NCBI GenBank assembly: GCA_050014535.1
Contig: JBEKDC010000006.1
Span: 1-48,118 of the forward strand
From: Rhizomicrobium sp.
GTDB taxonomy: Bacteria; Pseudomonadota; Alphaproteobacteria; Micropepsales; Micropepsaceae
Direction: 5' to 3'
DNA: 48,118 nt
The position numbers were made by a program, and so were the translations under genes. Of the stretch, positions 9,823-18,771 are shown one piece after another. Within the stretch, counting starts at the first letter, position 1. Each line of letters starts with the position of its first letter. The notes below the pieces were generated by a model. The model saw nothing but the letters and a program-made list of their open reading frames with translations. It made no database searches and was not told the origin of the DNA.

Positions 9823-10203
9823 ATGGCACTGATACAGCTTGCAGATCGAGAGGCGGTGAAGTTTCTTCAGGGCGCGAACTCCGTTCGCGACGGGCATATC
9901 GTCAGGCTGTCCATCCGCGAAGTCGAATCGCAATGCGTCGTCAACCTGGTATTCCACGCACGCAACGGGAATGTTTACAATCTGGAACTAAGCGGGAGCG
10001 TTGCGTTCGACTACAATTTTTCGAGCGAATACACGCCGCAGCAGATCGCGATGGTGAAATGCCTATGGACGGACGACGGATATTTCTACCTGTCGCTCGA
10101 TCCCTGGAAGGAAGATGAAGCGTTCGTCCCAGAGCAGGACAATGACTGGTTCAAGTCGAAATCGGTCACGCTCACGGCGGAGCCCATTGAAATCCTGGGC
10201 TGA
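9823..10203 (+). CDS. Hypothetical acidic protein
   Basis: 126 aa ORF with natural composition (aromatic/acidic); no recognised family. Confidence 0.65.
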   Translation: MALIQLADREAVKFLQGANSVRDGHIVRLSIREVESQCVVNLVFHARNGNVYNLELSGSVAFDYNFSSEYTPQQIAMVKCLWTDDGYFYLSLDPWKEDEAFVPEQDNDWFKSKSVTLTAEPIEILG

Positions 10204-10318
10204 CTACTCCGTCGCCTCGAAATGTGTCACCCATATCCCTGAACACCTGGCACCTATCTCTTCCATCCAAACAGACGGGGGGAGGGGAAAGACTCCCCAC
10301 GTCCTCACCTGCTTCCGT

Positions 10319-12286
10319 TCACGGCGCGATTCGCGTGGCGGCGACTTCCTGTCCGTCGATCTGTCCGTGGAGTGCGGCTTGCGCGTCGGTTTGCCGGTCG
10401 TTCCAGACGATCCGGAGCGTGCCGGCATGTCCCGGCGCCGCGAAGCTCACATTCGCCACGACGAGACCCGTCAATTGATCCCAATCGATGGTGCCCGAAA
10501 CGGTGAGGTCGGATGCCCAGCTCAGCTCTTTCAGTTTGAACTCATAGCCGCGCTTGATCGGCGAAATCGTGAAACGTCCGCCGCGCAATCCCTGAATCAC
10601 GTCGTCGGTCGAGACGCCGTAGCGCGCGAACGCGTCACCCACGGTTTCCGTCACGGCGGAGGCCAATGCGAGTCCCGATGCGCCGGCGGCGTTGCCTTTA
10701 TCCGCGATCGCAGGCGCCACGCCCTGCCAGTTGGCGGCGAACACCGGCACGGTGCGCACGGGCCTGATCGCGGGAAGGCAGGATTGGTCCGGCCTCGCGC
10801 CGCCTGACTTCACGAAAGACAGCACCATCGGTCCCACGCACCGCGCGAGATCGCCGCCGAAAGGCGGCACGTTCACGCCGCCATTGCCGATGGCCGTTTC
10901 GTGAACTTCGTTTGGCACTTCGACATATTGCGCATTGGGGAACAGCGCCGCTGTCCAGCGGCCTTCCGTCGGCGAGGTGACTGTGTCCAGTTCGCCCGAC
11001 AGCACCAGCACCGGAATTTTCGGAAACGCTGCGTTCGCGGGCACGGGGAATCCCGGTGTCGCAAAACCGGGCGCCTGGGGCCACGCCTGGCACAGATTCA
11101 ACCCTTCCGGATTCGTCACGGCGCCGATCGCCTCCGGCAGCGTGAACGGCGCGTAGATTCCGGGATCGCTTGCTTCGGTTGCCGAGAGGCGCGCGAGATA
11201 CTGCGTGTGGCGCGCATTCCCCTCGTCGCGCATGTTGTAAAGCTGCTTGTAATCGGCGCACTCGACGGCCACTTCGAGCCCGGTGCTGAACTGGTTGGGC
11301 GGCCCACCCGTATCTTCGCCGTCGATCGCTTCCGCCACCAGCCGCAACAGCGGCACGGGATCGCGCGATCCGAGATAGGCGCGCGCCGCGGCGTCGATAT
11401 CGCGATAGGCGGTGAAATTGTTGCCCGCATTCGCCACGATCGTGAACAGCGCGCCGGCGTCTGCCGTGACCGTCTCGATCTCGCCATTGGCTCCCGGCGC
11501 GTTGCCCGTCACCGGCGTCGTGCGCAACGCTTGCAGCAGCTTCTTGAAACGCGCGCTCGCTGTGCCGCGGAGCGCTTCGCAGGAAGGCGAGCGCGCGCAG
11601 GCGATGGAAAACGCGACCGGTCCGTTTTCGATTTCCGTCTGGAAATAAGGCGTTTCGCCCAGCACCGGATAAGCGCTGTCGAGAACGACGGTTCGCACCA
11701 GCTGGGGATGCCGCGTCACGAACACTTCGCCGAAGAATGTGCCGTAGCTATCGCCGTAGTAATCGACCTTGCCTGTTTGCAAGGCCTCGAGTATGGCCGC
11801 CACATCGTCGGCGGCATAGATGGAGCTGTAGAGCCACGCGGCCTGACCGAGAGCGGCGCCGCAGGCGCGCACGGCCGCGAGCCCGCCGCCTTTCTGCAGG
11901 TGGCCGCAATCGATGGCGCCGGAGCGGCCGGTACCGCGCTTGTCGATCAAAAGAATGTCGCGGCGGTTCCTGAGCGGCGTGAACAGGCGCACATAGCCGT
12001 CGCGCGAGCCCGTGGTCGAATAACCCGGGCCGCCTTCCTGCGCGATGATTGTGCCGAGCGACGCGCGCGCGCGATCCGTGCGCGGGTAATATTCGAAACC
12101 GATGGGGACTTTGCCGTTGGACGGATGGTCGGGATCGAGCGGCCGAAGCAATTTGCCGCAATACGCGTCATATTGCGCGATGCAGAAGGTGAGCGTGAGC
12201 GTACCGACATGGATGGTGGGCGGTCCGGCCGCGCAAACCGCCGCGCAAAGACAAAGCCACAAGAGGGTTATCCATGCGCGGTTCAT
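10319..12286 (-). CDS. Secreted alpha/beta hydrolase, TAP-like (S33 peptidase family) with C-terminal extension
   Basis: Signal peptide; GGPG oxyanion motif, DKRGTGRS, GDSYG nucleophile, GELD acid and His in EVHE. Confidence 0.85.
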   Translation of the reverse strand: MNRAWITLLWLCLCAAVCAAGPPTIHVGTLTLTFCIAQYDAYCGKLLRPLDPDHPSNGKVPIGFEYYPRTDRARASLGTIIAQEGGPGYSTTGSRDGYVRLFTPLRNRRDILLIDKRGTGRSGAIDCGHLQKGGGLAAVRACGAALGQAAWLYSSIYAADDVAAILEALQTGKVDYYGDSYGTFFGEVFVTRHPQLVRTVVLDSAYPVLGETPYFQTEIENGPVAFSIACARSPSCEALRGTASARFKKLLQALRTTPVTGNAPGANGEIETVTADAGALFTIVANAGNNFTAYRDIDAAARAYLGSRDPVPLLRLVAEAIDGEDTGGPPNQFSTGLEVAVECADYKQLYNMRDEGNARHTQYLARLSATEASDPGIYAPFTLPEAIGAVTNPEGLNLCQAWPQAPGFATPGFPVPANAAFPKIPVLVLSGELDTVTSPTEGRWTAALFPNAQYVEVPNEVHETAIGNGGVNVPPFGGDLARCVGPMVLSFVKSGGARPDQSCLPAIRPVRTVPVFAANWQGVAPAIADKGNAAGASGLALASAVTETVGDAFARYGVSTDDVIQGLRGGRFTISPIKRGYEFKLKELSWASDLTVSGTIDWDQLTGLVVANVSFAAPGHAGTLRIVWNDRQTDAQAALHGQIDGQEVAATRIAP

Positions 12287-12539
12287 GGCCGCGAGTTTAT
12301 TCCACCTCGATCCGACCCCGGCAAGGCGCGCGATTTATGCCGCCGCGCTCAAATCGTAAAAGCTCCTGTCGCCGCAAGCGACGGCGCGACCGAGAGCCTG
12401 GCACCACCCCAATTTGCACCCCCATACTCTTAAGCTTGATTATCATTCGCAGATTTGACTAATTTGGCGCCGGTCGCCGGGACCGGCCGAATTTTAACCG
12501 GTATGCCGATATGCCAGCGTGCGCAGTATGGGGATCGGG

Positions 12540-14786
12540 ATGGCAAGTCAGGGAATGCTTGGAATCCTGATTGCCGCTTTCGTCATTTCGACGGGAGCCG
12601 CGCGAGCCGAAAATCCCGAGACCGTCATCGTCATCGGCACCGCGCCGGCGGATGTTCAAAGCGTCAGTCCCGAAGACATCGCCGCGTCCCATGCGGACAC
12701 CGCGACCGCGCTGATCAACCAGTTCGTGCCTTCGGTGTCCATTTCCGATACCGAGTCCAATCCATTTCAGGAAGATTTGCTTTATCGCGGTTTCGACGCG
12801 TCGCCTGTGCTCGGCACACCGCAGGGGCTTGCGATCTATCAAGGCGGCACACGCATCAACCAGCATTTCGGCGATACGGTCTTGTGGGACCTCGTTCCGT
12901 CTTTCGCCATCCGCAGCATCGACGTAGTGCCGGGTTCGGATCCGGTGTTCGGCCTGAACGCGCTGGGCGGCGCCATCGTGCTCAACATGAAGACGGGATT
13001 CGACGCGGAGGAAGGCGAAGAGGCCGATGTCGCCGGCGGCTCGTATGGCCGCGCGCGGCTCGTCGTCCAAACGGCGCAGTCCACCGGCAACGAGGCATTC
13101 TATTTGGGCGCGACGGCGATCGACGATTCCGGCTGGCGGTGGCGGTCGGGATCGCAGGTCTATCAGGCCTATGGCGATTTCGCGGTGCGCTCCACGCGCG
13201 GCAGCGCGGGCATCAGCCTGACCCTGGTCACGGACGAGTTGAACGAGAATGCCGCCGTGCCGGTTCAGGATTCCCCCAAAGCCTCTTTCGCCGCACCAGA
13301 TACGGCCGACGACGCGGATTTCCTGCTGCAGGGTCGCGGCGAATACGATTTCTCGTCCCAGTTCGTTTTGCGCGGATCGATTTATGCGCGCGCCACGCAT
13401 ATCGCGACGCAGAACGGCGGCGCCTCCGGCTTTGCGCCTTGCGCCTCGCGACCGACAATTCTGTGCGACGACAACGGCGACCCGCTGGTAACGACCGCCG
13501 GCGGGTCGGTTCCCACCAGCATCGGCGGCGCCGGTGACGATCCCATCGAAACGATTTCGACGACTGCCTTCGGCGGCTCGGCAGAAGTGGACCTCACCGG
13601 CACCCTGTTCGGCCACGACAACAGTTTCGTCGTCGGAAATTCGTTCGACCGCGCCTATACAGGCTTCGCTTCGAACACGATCTTATCGAACCTGACATAT
13701 CAACCCGGCGGCGTAACGGCCGTGCCGATCGGCATTTATCTGGGCGGATCGGAATTTCAGGTCGAGCTCGACTCGGTCAATGTCGATGAGGGCCTTTATG
13801 CGCAGGACTCGTTCGATCTGACGCCGTCATTGTCTCTCGAGTTTTCGGGCCGCTACCATTTCGACGAAGTCAATCTCCAGGATCGACTCGGCACGGCGCT
13901 GACCGGCAATCACGAATATGAAGGCGTCAATCCTGCCGCCGAGCTTGTCTGGCATGCCGCCGATAATATCAGCACCTATGTCGAGTTCGAGCAATCGAGC
14001 CGCACGCCGACGGCTGCGGAACTGAGTTGCGCCAATCCCCTTCAGCCTTGCGTGTTTCCGCTGAGTTTTCTGTCCGATCCGGGCCTGCGCCAAGTGATCG
14101 CGCAAACGGTGGAGACAGGCGCCAAGGGCAATGCCGCCTTCGACGGCGTCACGCTCGTCTGGTCGGCGGATGTTTTCGCGACGCGAAATCAGAACGACAT
14201 TATCTTCGAGAGTTCCGGGCCCACCATCGCTTCGGGCTTCTTCGCCAATGTGGGAAACACGCAGCGCATCGGCGCCGACATCGCCGCCGACGCCACATGG
14301 CAGAATTTCGATTTCCGCGCCAATTACGGCTATGTCGATGCGACGTTCCAGTCCGCGTTCACGGATCCGAGCGAGGACAATCCCGCGGCAGACGTCAACG
14401 GCAACATTTATGTCAAGCCGGGCGACCGCATTCCCGCCATCCCGCGCTCGACGGCGAAATTCAATCTCGGTTACGAGGCGACGCCGTTGCTGCATGTCGC
14501 GATCAGCGCGACACTCGAATCCTCGCAATATCTTCGCGGCGACGAAGCCAATCTGCAGCCGCCTTTGCCCGGCTATGTCGTGTTCGGCGCCGAAGCAGAC
14601 TACCAGCTCACGAAATCGCTGAATGTGTATGTCGAAGGCGAGAACATCCTCGACAAGCGCTATTCGACTTTCGGCCTCTACGGCGATCCCACGGGCAACG
14701 GCGCGTTTCCCCAGTTCACAACCCCCCGCTTCATCGTGCCGGCACAGCCCTTCGGCATTTGGGCCGGCGTGCGAGTCAAGTTCTGA
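12540..14786 (+). CDS. TonB-dependent receptor
   Basis: Signal peptide; ETVIVIG TonB box; plug motif NPFQEDLLYRGFDASPVLGTPQGL...FGLNALGGAI; C-terminal ENILDKRY...GVRVKF. Start uncertain (12519-12555). Confidence 0.92.
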   Translation: MASQGMLGILIAAFVISTGAARAENPETVIVIGTAPADVQSVSPEDIAASHADTATALINQFVPSVSISDTESNPFQEDLLYRGFDASPVLGTPQGLAIYQGGTRINQHFGDTVLWDLVPSFAIRSIDVVPGSDPVFGLNALGGAIVLNMKTGFDAEEGEEADVAGGSYGRARLVVQTAQSTGNEAFYLGATAIDDSGWRWRSGSQVYQAYGDFAVRSTRGSAGISLTLVTDELNENAAVPVQDSPKASFAAPDTADDADFLLQGRGEYDFSSQFVLRGSIYARATHIATQNGGASGFAPCASRPTILCDDNGDPLVTTAGGSVPTSIGGAGDDPIETISTTAFGGSAEVDLTGTLFGHDNSFVVGNSFDRAYTGFASNTILSNLTYQPGGVTAVPIGIYLGGSEFQVELDSVNVDEGLYAQDSFDLTPSLSLEFSGRYHFDEVNLQDRLGTALTGNHEYEGVNPAAELVWHAADNISTYVEFEQSSRTPTAAELSCANPLQPCVFPLSFLSDPGLRQVIAQTVETGAKGNAAFDGVTLVWSADVFATRNQNDIIFESSGPTIASGFFANVGNTQRIGADIAADATWQNFDFRANYGYVDATFQSAFTDPSEDNPAADVNGNIYVKPGDRIPAIPRSTAKFNLGYEATPLLHVAISATLESSQYLRGDEANLQPPLPGYVVFGAEADYQLTKSLNVYVEGENILDKRYSTFGLYGDPTGNGAFPQFTTPRFIVPAQPFGIWAGVRVKF

Positions 14787-14942
14787 GAATAAATTTCAGA
14801 CGGCGGTAAGCGGCGAGATGCAGCCCGCGACGCCGCACAGCGGGATCGTGAACGACATTCGTGCGGGCAAACCGACTTCCCCGATACAGTGCGAATGTTT
14901 TCGGGGTCCGCATGCCGGCCGTTCCAATGAATGAGACGGGCA

Positions 14943-15320
14943 CTAATCGGGCATGGCCGCATCGATCCAGTCCGCAATTGTCTGGATGTCGGTTGGGGAA
15001 AGATACGGCCCCCCGTTCGGCATGCGCGGATAGGTCCCCATGTTAACCTGCTTCGCGAAGGGGCCGCTGAGCGCCTTGATGAGATAGGTGTCTGCGGCCT
15101 TTTTCCCACCCGAAACGTCGATCAGGCGATACGGGACCGGTTGCTGGGGATTGCCCTCGTACCGCCACACTACGGCCTGCTGCAACTGCGCCTTGGTCTG
15201 CCAGTCGAGCGGATTTTCCATATGCGTACCGTTCGCAGAGTGGATCTGCAGCACGCTGTCCCAATCGAAGTTGTCCTTGATCGTGTCGAGAATGGCTTTC
15301 ACGTCGGCAAAACCGGGCAT
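14943..15320 (-). CDS. Small protein with cytochrome-c-like C-terminus but no CxxCH
   Basis: AAGGAG RBS and ATG at 15320, 19 bp after the tyrosinase stop; ends RMPNGGPYLSPTDIQTIADWIDAAMPD. Confidence 0.75.
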   Translation of the reverse strand: MPGFADVKAILDTIKDNFDWDSVLQIHSANGTHMENPLDWQTKAQLQQAVVWRYEGNPQQPVPYRLIDVSGGKKAADTYLIKALSGPFAKQVNMGTYPRMPNGGPYLSPTDIQTIADWIDAAMPD

Positions 15321-15339
15321 GATGTGCTCCTTTGCAGGT

Positions 15340-17754
15340 TTAGTGGTGCGCCGAAGCGGCATCGATTGCGGCCTCGACATTCTCGACCAAAAGGCGCGGA
15401 AGTCCGGCCTCACCGAGCGCGGCAACCTGACTACGCAAATTCGCCATGTCCCGGTCGGAAACGCGCTCGCGATTCTGCAGCACGTAAGCGCCGATATCCG
15501 CGATTGCGCGAGAGCGCAATGCCGGAGCCTCGCCTGTATCGGCGGCAAGCTTGCCCGCCTGCGCCGGCAGCGCGGGGTTGTTCAGCACAAGGCTGTCCAA
15601 GGCCGCTTCGCGCAATTCGAATGGAGTCTTGCGGTCGGCGAGGATCGCCTCGCGCTCGGTAAGGCTGGCGGTGTCGCCCGCCAGTACCTCGATCGCCGCA
15701 AGACGCGCGCCGGCGTCTGGCGAATGTAGATAAGGTCGGATCGCAGCGGCATAGGTGAAATTTTCAACTCCTCCCAATTCGCGGATTGCCTCGGCGCGCG
15801 AAAAGCCCGGCGCAGCAGGTTTGGCGAGCGCTGCGAGAAGCACATGCACTGCGTGTTTGTCGTTCATATCGAGGAGCAGGTGCAGCGCGGCGCTACGCGT
15901 GCGCGGGTCCGGATGGCTAAGCGCACTCTCCGCAATCGCCATGATCTCCTTGGGGTGTTCTTCCATCAGAGAGGAATCGGTGAACATTTGTATATCGAGA
16001 GCGGCGAGTGCCCGTTGCGACAGCGCCGGCTGGGCCGCATTGCGCCGTTCAAGGATGTGCCGCACATCGGTCAGGAACGCCGGGTCCTGTTTCGCCTCGA
16101 GCATGTCGAGCGCCGCCATGGGACCGGCTTTTTTCGACTTCGGCATCGCAGTCATTGCGACGAGCGCCGCGCTCACCGCCGCCGGCTGAGCCGCTCCAAA
16201 CGGAACATCGTCATACCCGTAACCCAGATCGTTGCGACGATTGGTGACGCCGGCGTAATCGATGACGTTGGCGGGGCGCGGCTTCGCGGGCGCCGACGGC
16301 CATAGTCCCGCGACGTCCGATTTCGGGAACGGCCCCATTTCTGCGGTCGGCGGCCGGCGTCGTGCCATCACGTCACCGGAACTGTATCCGGTGATCCCGT
16401 CCCACGGCCACATCGTATCGAACAAATTGTGACCAAAGGGTGGGCAATTCCAGCCGCCGATGTTGCACTTCGGTGCAGTGGGATCGAAGTGGCCGTAATT
16501 ACTATCGCCGGGTTTCTGTTGCGGTATGATGTAATAGGCATCGCGATCGGTGCCGGTATTATCGAAGCGATCGTGCAGATATTGCCATTCCGCCCACAAA
16601 CGGTCGTGCTCATTGTGGAACAACCAAAAAATCGGATCGCTCGGCGATATCTTGCAATTCTGCATCCACGGGCCGGTCGCGTTGTGGCCCATATTGTGGG
16701 GACTATACTCCATAGCGCTGTAAGGCGGCGCTGCCGCCGCGAAGGGCATGAACGAGGATAATGCCAATAGCGCGTGGAGTTGGTCTGGGGTCGTGATCGA
16801 GTAGCTTTCGGGATGACGCCAATCAACCGTGAAGCGCGACATGGAGATCGGTTGCGTTGACGGATTGCCATCGTTTCCGTACGGCATTGTCCATCCGAAC
16901 AACGGATTGTCACCGTCGAATGACGTCAACTCCGGTTCTTGGCTGTTCGGGTTGACGGAATTCTTGCCGAGGAAATCCGTCGTGAAAGGCAGGGACGGCA
17001 TCGTCGTTTGTGGCTGCCAAATTCGCCAATAGGGCAATGCCACGCGCGGGTCGATTTTCTGCAACTCGCGCTCGAATTCCAACAAATACGCGCGATGCCA
17101 CGCAAGAAATGCAGGTCCGCCGTGCGCTTGATCGAGATAGCGATCCGCACCGTTCTGCTCCTTGCCTATCGCAGCCACGCGATGTGTGCGCACGAATCCT
17201 TCATACGAACGAGCGTCCGCGGAAGGGCGCAAGTACATCGCTCGTAGCGCCGAAAGGAAAATCTGCCGTTCGTCCGAAGTCAGGGTCGAGGCGTCCTTGC
17301 GGATGCGGACCATGATATCGTGACGGCCCACTTCGGCGCCGGTGGCGGTGCGTGCGACGATAGCGGTATCTTTCGCGCCGGTGCTCGGGCAGCCGAATTT
17401 CCCTGCCACGAAAAATGCGACCGGTTGGCCGTTTTTCGGGAGCGTCAGCGCGAGCGTGCTCTGATCGGCAGTCTTCCCAGGCGTCAAGCTATTGGCGAAC
17501 AAGACGGCACCGCGATGCGTCGTGCTGCAATCGGTGCCCGCAGCCGCGTCGGACAGGACCACGGGAAGATCGCCATCCAGGCCGGAGGGATCGCTCACCC
17601 GAATCGTCGCCGGAACCGGCGCCCAGGCGATGTAATCGTTGTTCGGATTGCCGTCGCCGCGCAACTGAATTTGAATTTGCGCGGCTTGTGCGACTCCGAT
17701 CCCGGCAAGGAAAAAAACGGCACCCAGGGTGCAGCGGCCGATCAAACTTCTCAT
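15340..17754 (-). CDS. Secreted tyrosinase (type-3 copper) with N-terminal beta domain and C-terminal HEAT-like repeats
   Basis: Signal peptide; CuA His in RTHR, QAHGGPAFLAWHR and ALPYW; CuB PHNMGH and SPSDPIFWLFH; C-terminal helical repeats (HPDPRTRSAAL, SPDAGARLAAI, ELREAAL, ALRSRAI). Confidence 0.88.
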   Translation of the reverse strand: MRSLIGRCTLGAVFFLAGIGVAQAAQIQIQLRGDGNPNNDYIAWAPVPATIRVSDPSGLDGDLPVVLSDAAAGTDCSTTHRGAVLFANSLTPGKTADQSTLALTLPKNGQPVAFFVAGKFGCPSTGAKDTAIVARTATGAEVGRHDIMVRIRKDASTLTSDERQIFLSALRAMYLRPSADARSYEGFVRTHRVAAIGKEQNGADRYLDQAHGGPAFLAWHRAYLLEFERELQKIDPRVALPYWRIWQPQTTMPSLPFTTDFLGKNSVNPNSQEPELTSFDGDNPLFGWTMPYGNDGNPSTQPISMSRFTVDWRHPESYSITTPDQLHALLALSSFMPFAAAAPPYSAMEYSPHNMGHNATGPWMQNCKISPSDPIFWLFHNEHDRLWAEWQYLHDRFDNTGTDRDAYYIIPQQKPGDSNYGHFDPTAPKCNIGGWNCPPFGHNLFDTMWPWDGITGYSSGDVMARRRPPTAEMGPFPKSDVAGLWPSAPAKPRPANVIDYAGVTNRRNDLGYGYDDVPFGAAQPAAVSAALVAMTAMPKSKKAGPMAALDMLEAKQDPAFLTDVRHILERRNAAQPALSQRALAALDIQMFTDSSLMEEHPKEIMAIAESALSHPDPRTRSAALHLLLDMNDKHAVHVLLAALAKPAAPGFSRAEAIRELGGVENFTYAAAIRPYLHSPDAGARLAAIEVLAGDTASLTEREAILADRKTPFELREAALDSLVLNNPALPAQAGKLAADTGEAPALRSRAIADIGAYVLQNRERVSDRDMANLRSQVAALGEAGLPRLLVENVEAAIDAASAHH

Positions 17755-18258
17755 CTGTCACGCTCCGTAGTGTGCAAATTTGGAGCCGGCGCCGGAAAGT
17801 TCGAAGTGCAGAGCTTTCGCCAACGCCGAACCTACGCAAACAAACAGGAATTCGCGCGGCAATACCGCCTACGTCGATTGCAGATTTAAGCGTCACTCAA
17901 CCCCTGGTAGTTGGATGATTCCACCGCTCCGGCGAGGTGTCAACCGATTGTGGCTCGCCGCGCCGCAACAGAGCAGGATGGCAAACGGCACTTGCGCGAG
18001 CGAGCCGATTTCCCAGATCCCACTCGCCGTCTGATGAGCACAACTATGGCCCGGCACCATTCGCGCCGGGCCTGCAATGCTGAAACCCGGAACGGCGGCG
18101 CGTACCTTCCGGAACAACAGGCTATAATTCCGTATCACGTTGTCCCGCGACGGCGAATTAGCGGCGCCCCTCGGGCTCCGATCTCTCGCCCGCCTCCAGA
18201 CTACTAGGCGCTCCGCGGCTCAATTAAGCTGACGGCGACGAATGGAAAGGAGGAGCGC

Positions 18259-18720
18259 ATGGCTCTGAAGATCTGCGAGCTCGTCAGCCTCGTTCTCGCG
18301 GCCTGGGTCACCGGCATGTTCGTGGGACCGTGGCTTGCCTTGACCCGATCGATCCATACTTTCGAGCCGGAAGTTTTTCTCGCGATCGTACGGCGGCTGA
18401 ACGACAACATGGCGTCCGTCATGACCGCGCTGATGCCGGCGGGATTGTTGTCGATCGCGGCACTGCTTTTCGTTTCGTTCGGCGCGCGACCCGATATCTT
18501 CTATCCGGCGCTCGCGGCATTGGCACTCTTCGTCGTCGCCCTGCTCGTGACCGCGATCATCGAGGTTCCCATCGTCAAACGGATCGTGACATGGACCGTG
18601 CCGACACTGCCGAAAGATTGGCAACGCCTTCGTGATCGCTGGAGCGCGTTCCATATTGTGCGCATCGCAGCGGCAGTCGCGGGTTTTATTCTCCTCGCGG
18701 CCGGCGCCATCTGGCGTTAG
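18259..18720 (+). CDS. DUF1772 / anthrone-oxygenase-like membrane protein
   Basis: Four TM segments; EVPI...W...P.DW..LRDRW..FH.VR motif; AGGAGG RBS. Confidence 0.8.
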   Translation: MALKICELVSLVLAAWVTGMFVGPWLALTRSIHTFEPEVFLAIVRRLNDNMASVMTALMPAGLLSIAALLFVSFGARPDIFYPALAALALFVVALLVTAIIEVPIVKRIVTWTVPTLPKDWQRLRDRWSAFHIVRIAAAVAGFILLAAGAIWR

Positions 18721-18771
18721 CTTGGATATCACCGGCTTGGGATTGCGTGCAGCTGCATTTTCTCCCGGAAG

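Noticed and set aside
10252-10290. CTCTTCC...GGGGGGAGGGG hairpin resembling alphaproteobacterial REP-like repeats
   Set aside because: Single degenerate copy in the window; cannot establish a repeat family.
17755-18258. 500-bp intergenic region with several short ORFs and a TGGCA...TTGC-like motif
   Set aside because: ORFs lack RBS and protein-like composition; sigma54 GG-N10-GC spacing is not met; no RNA family recognised.
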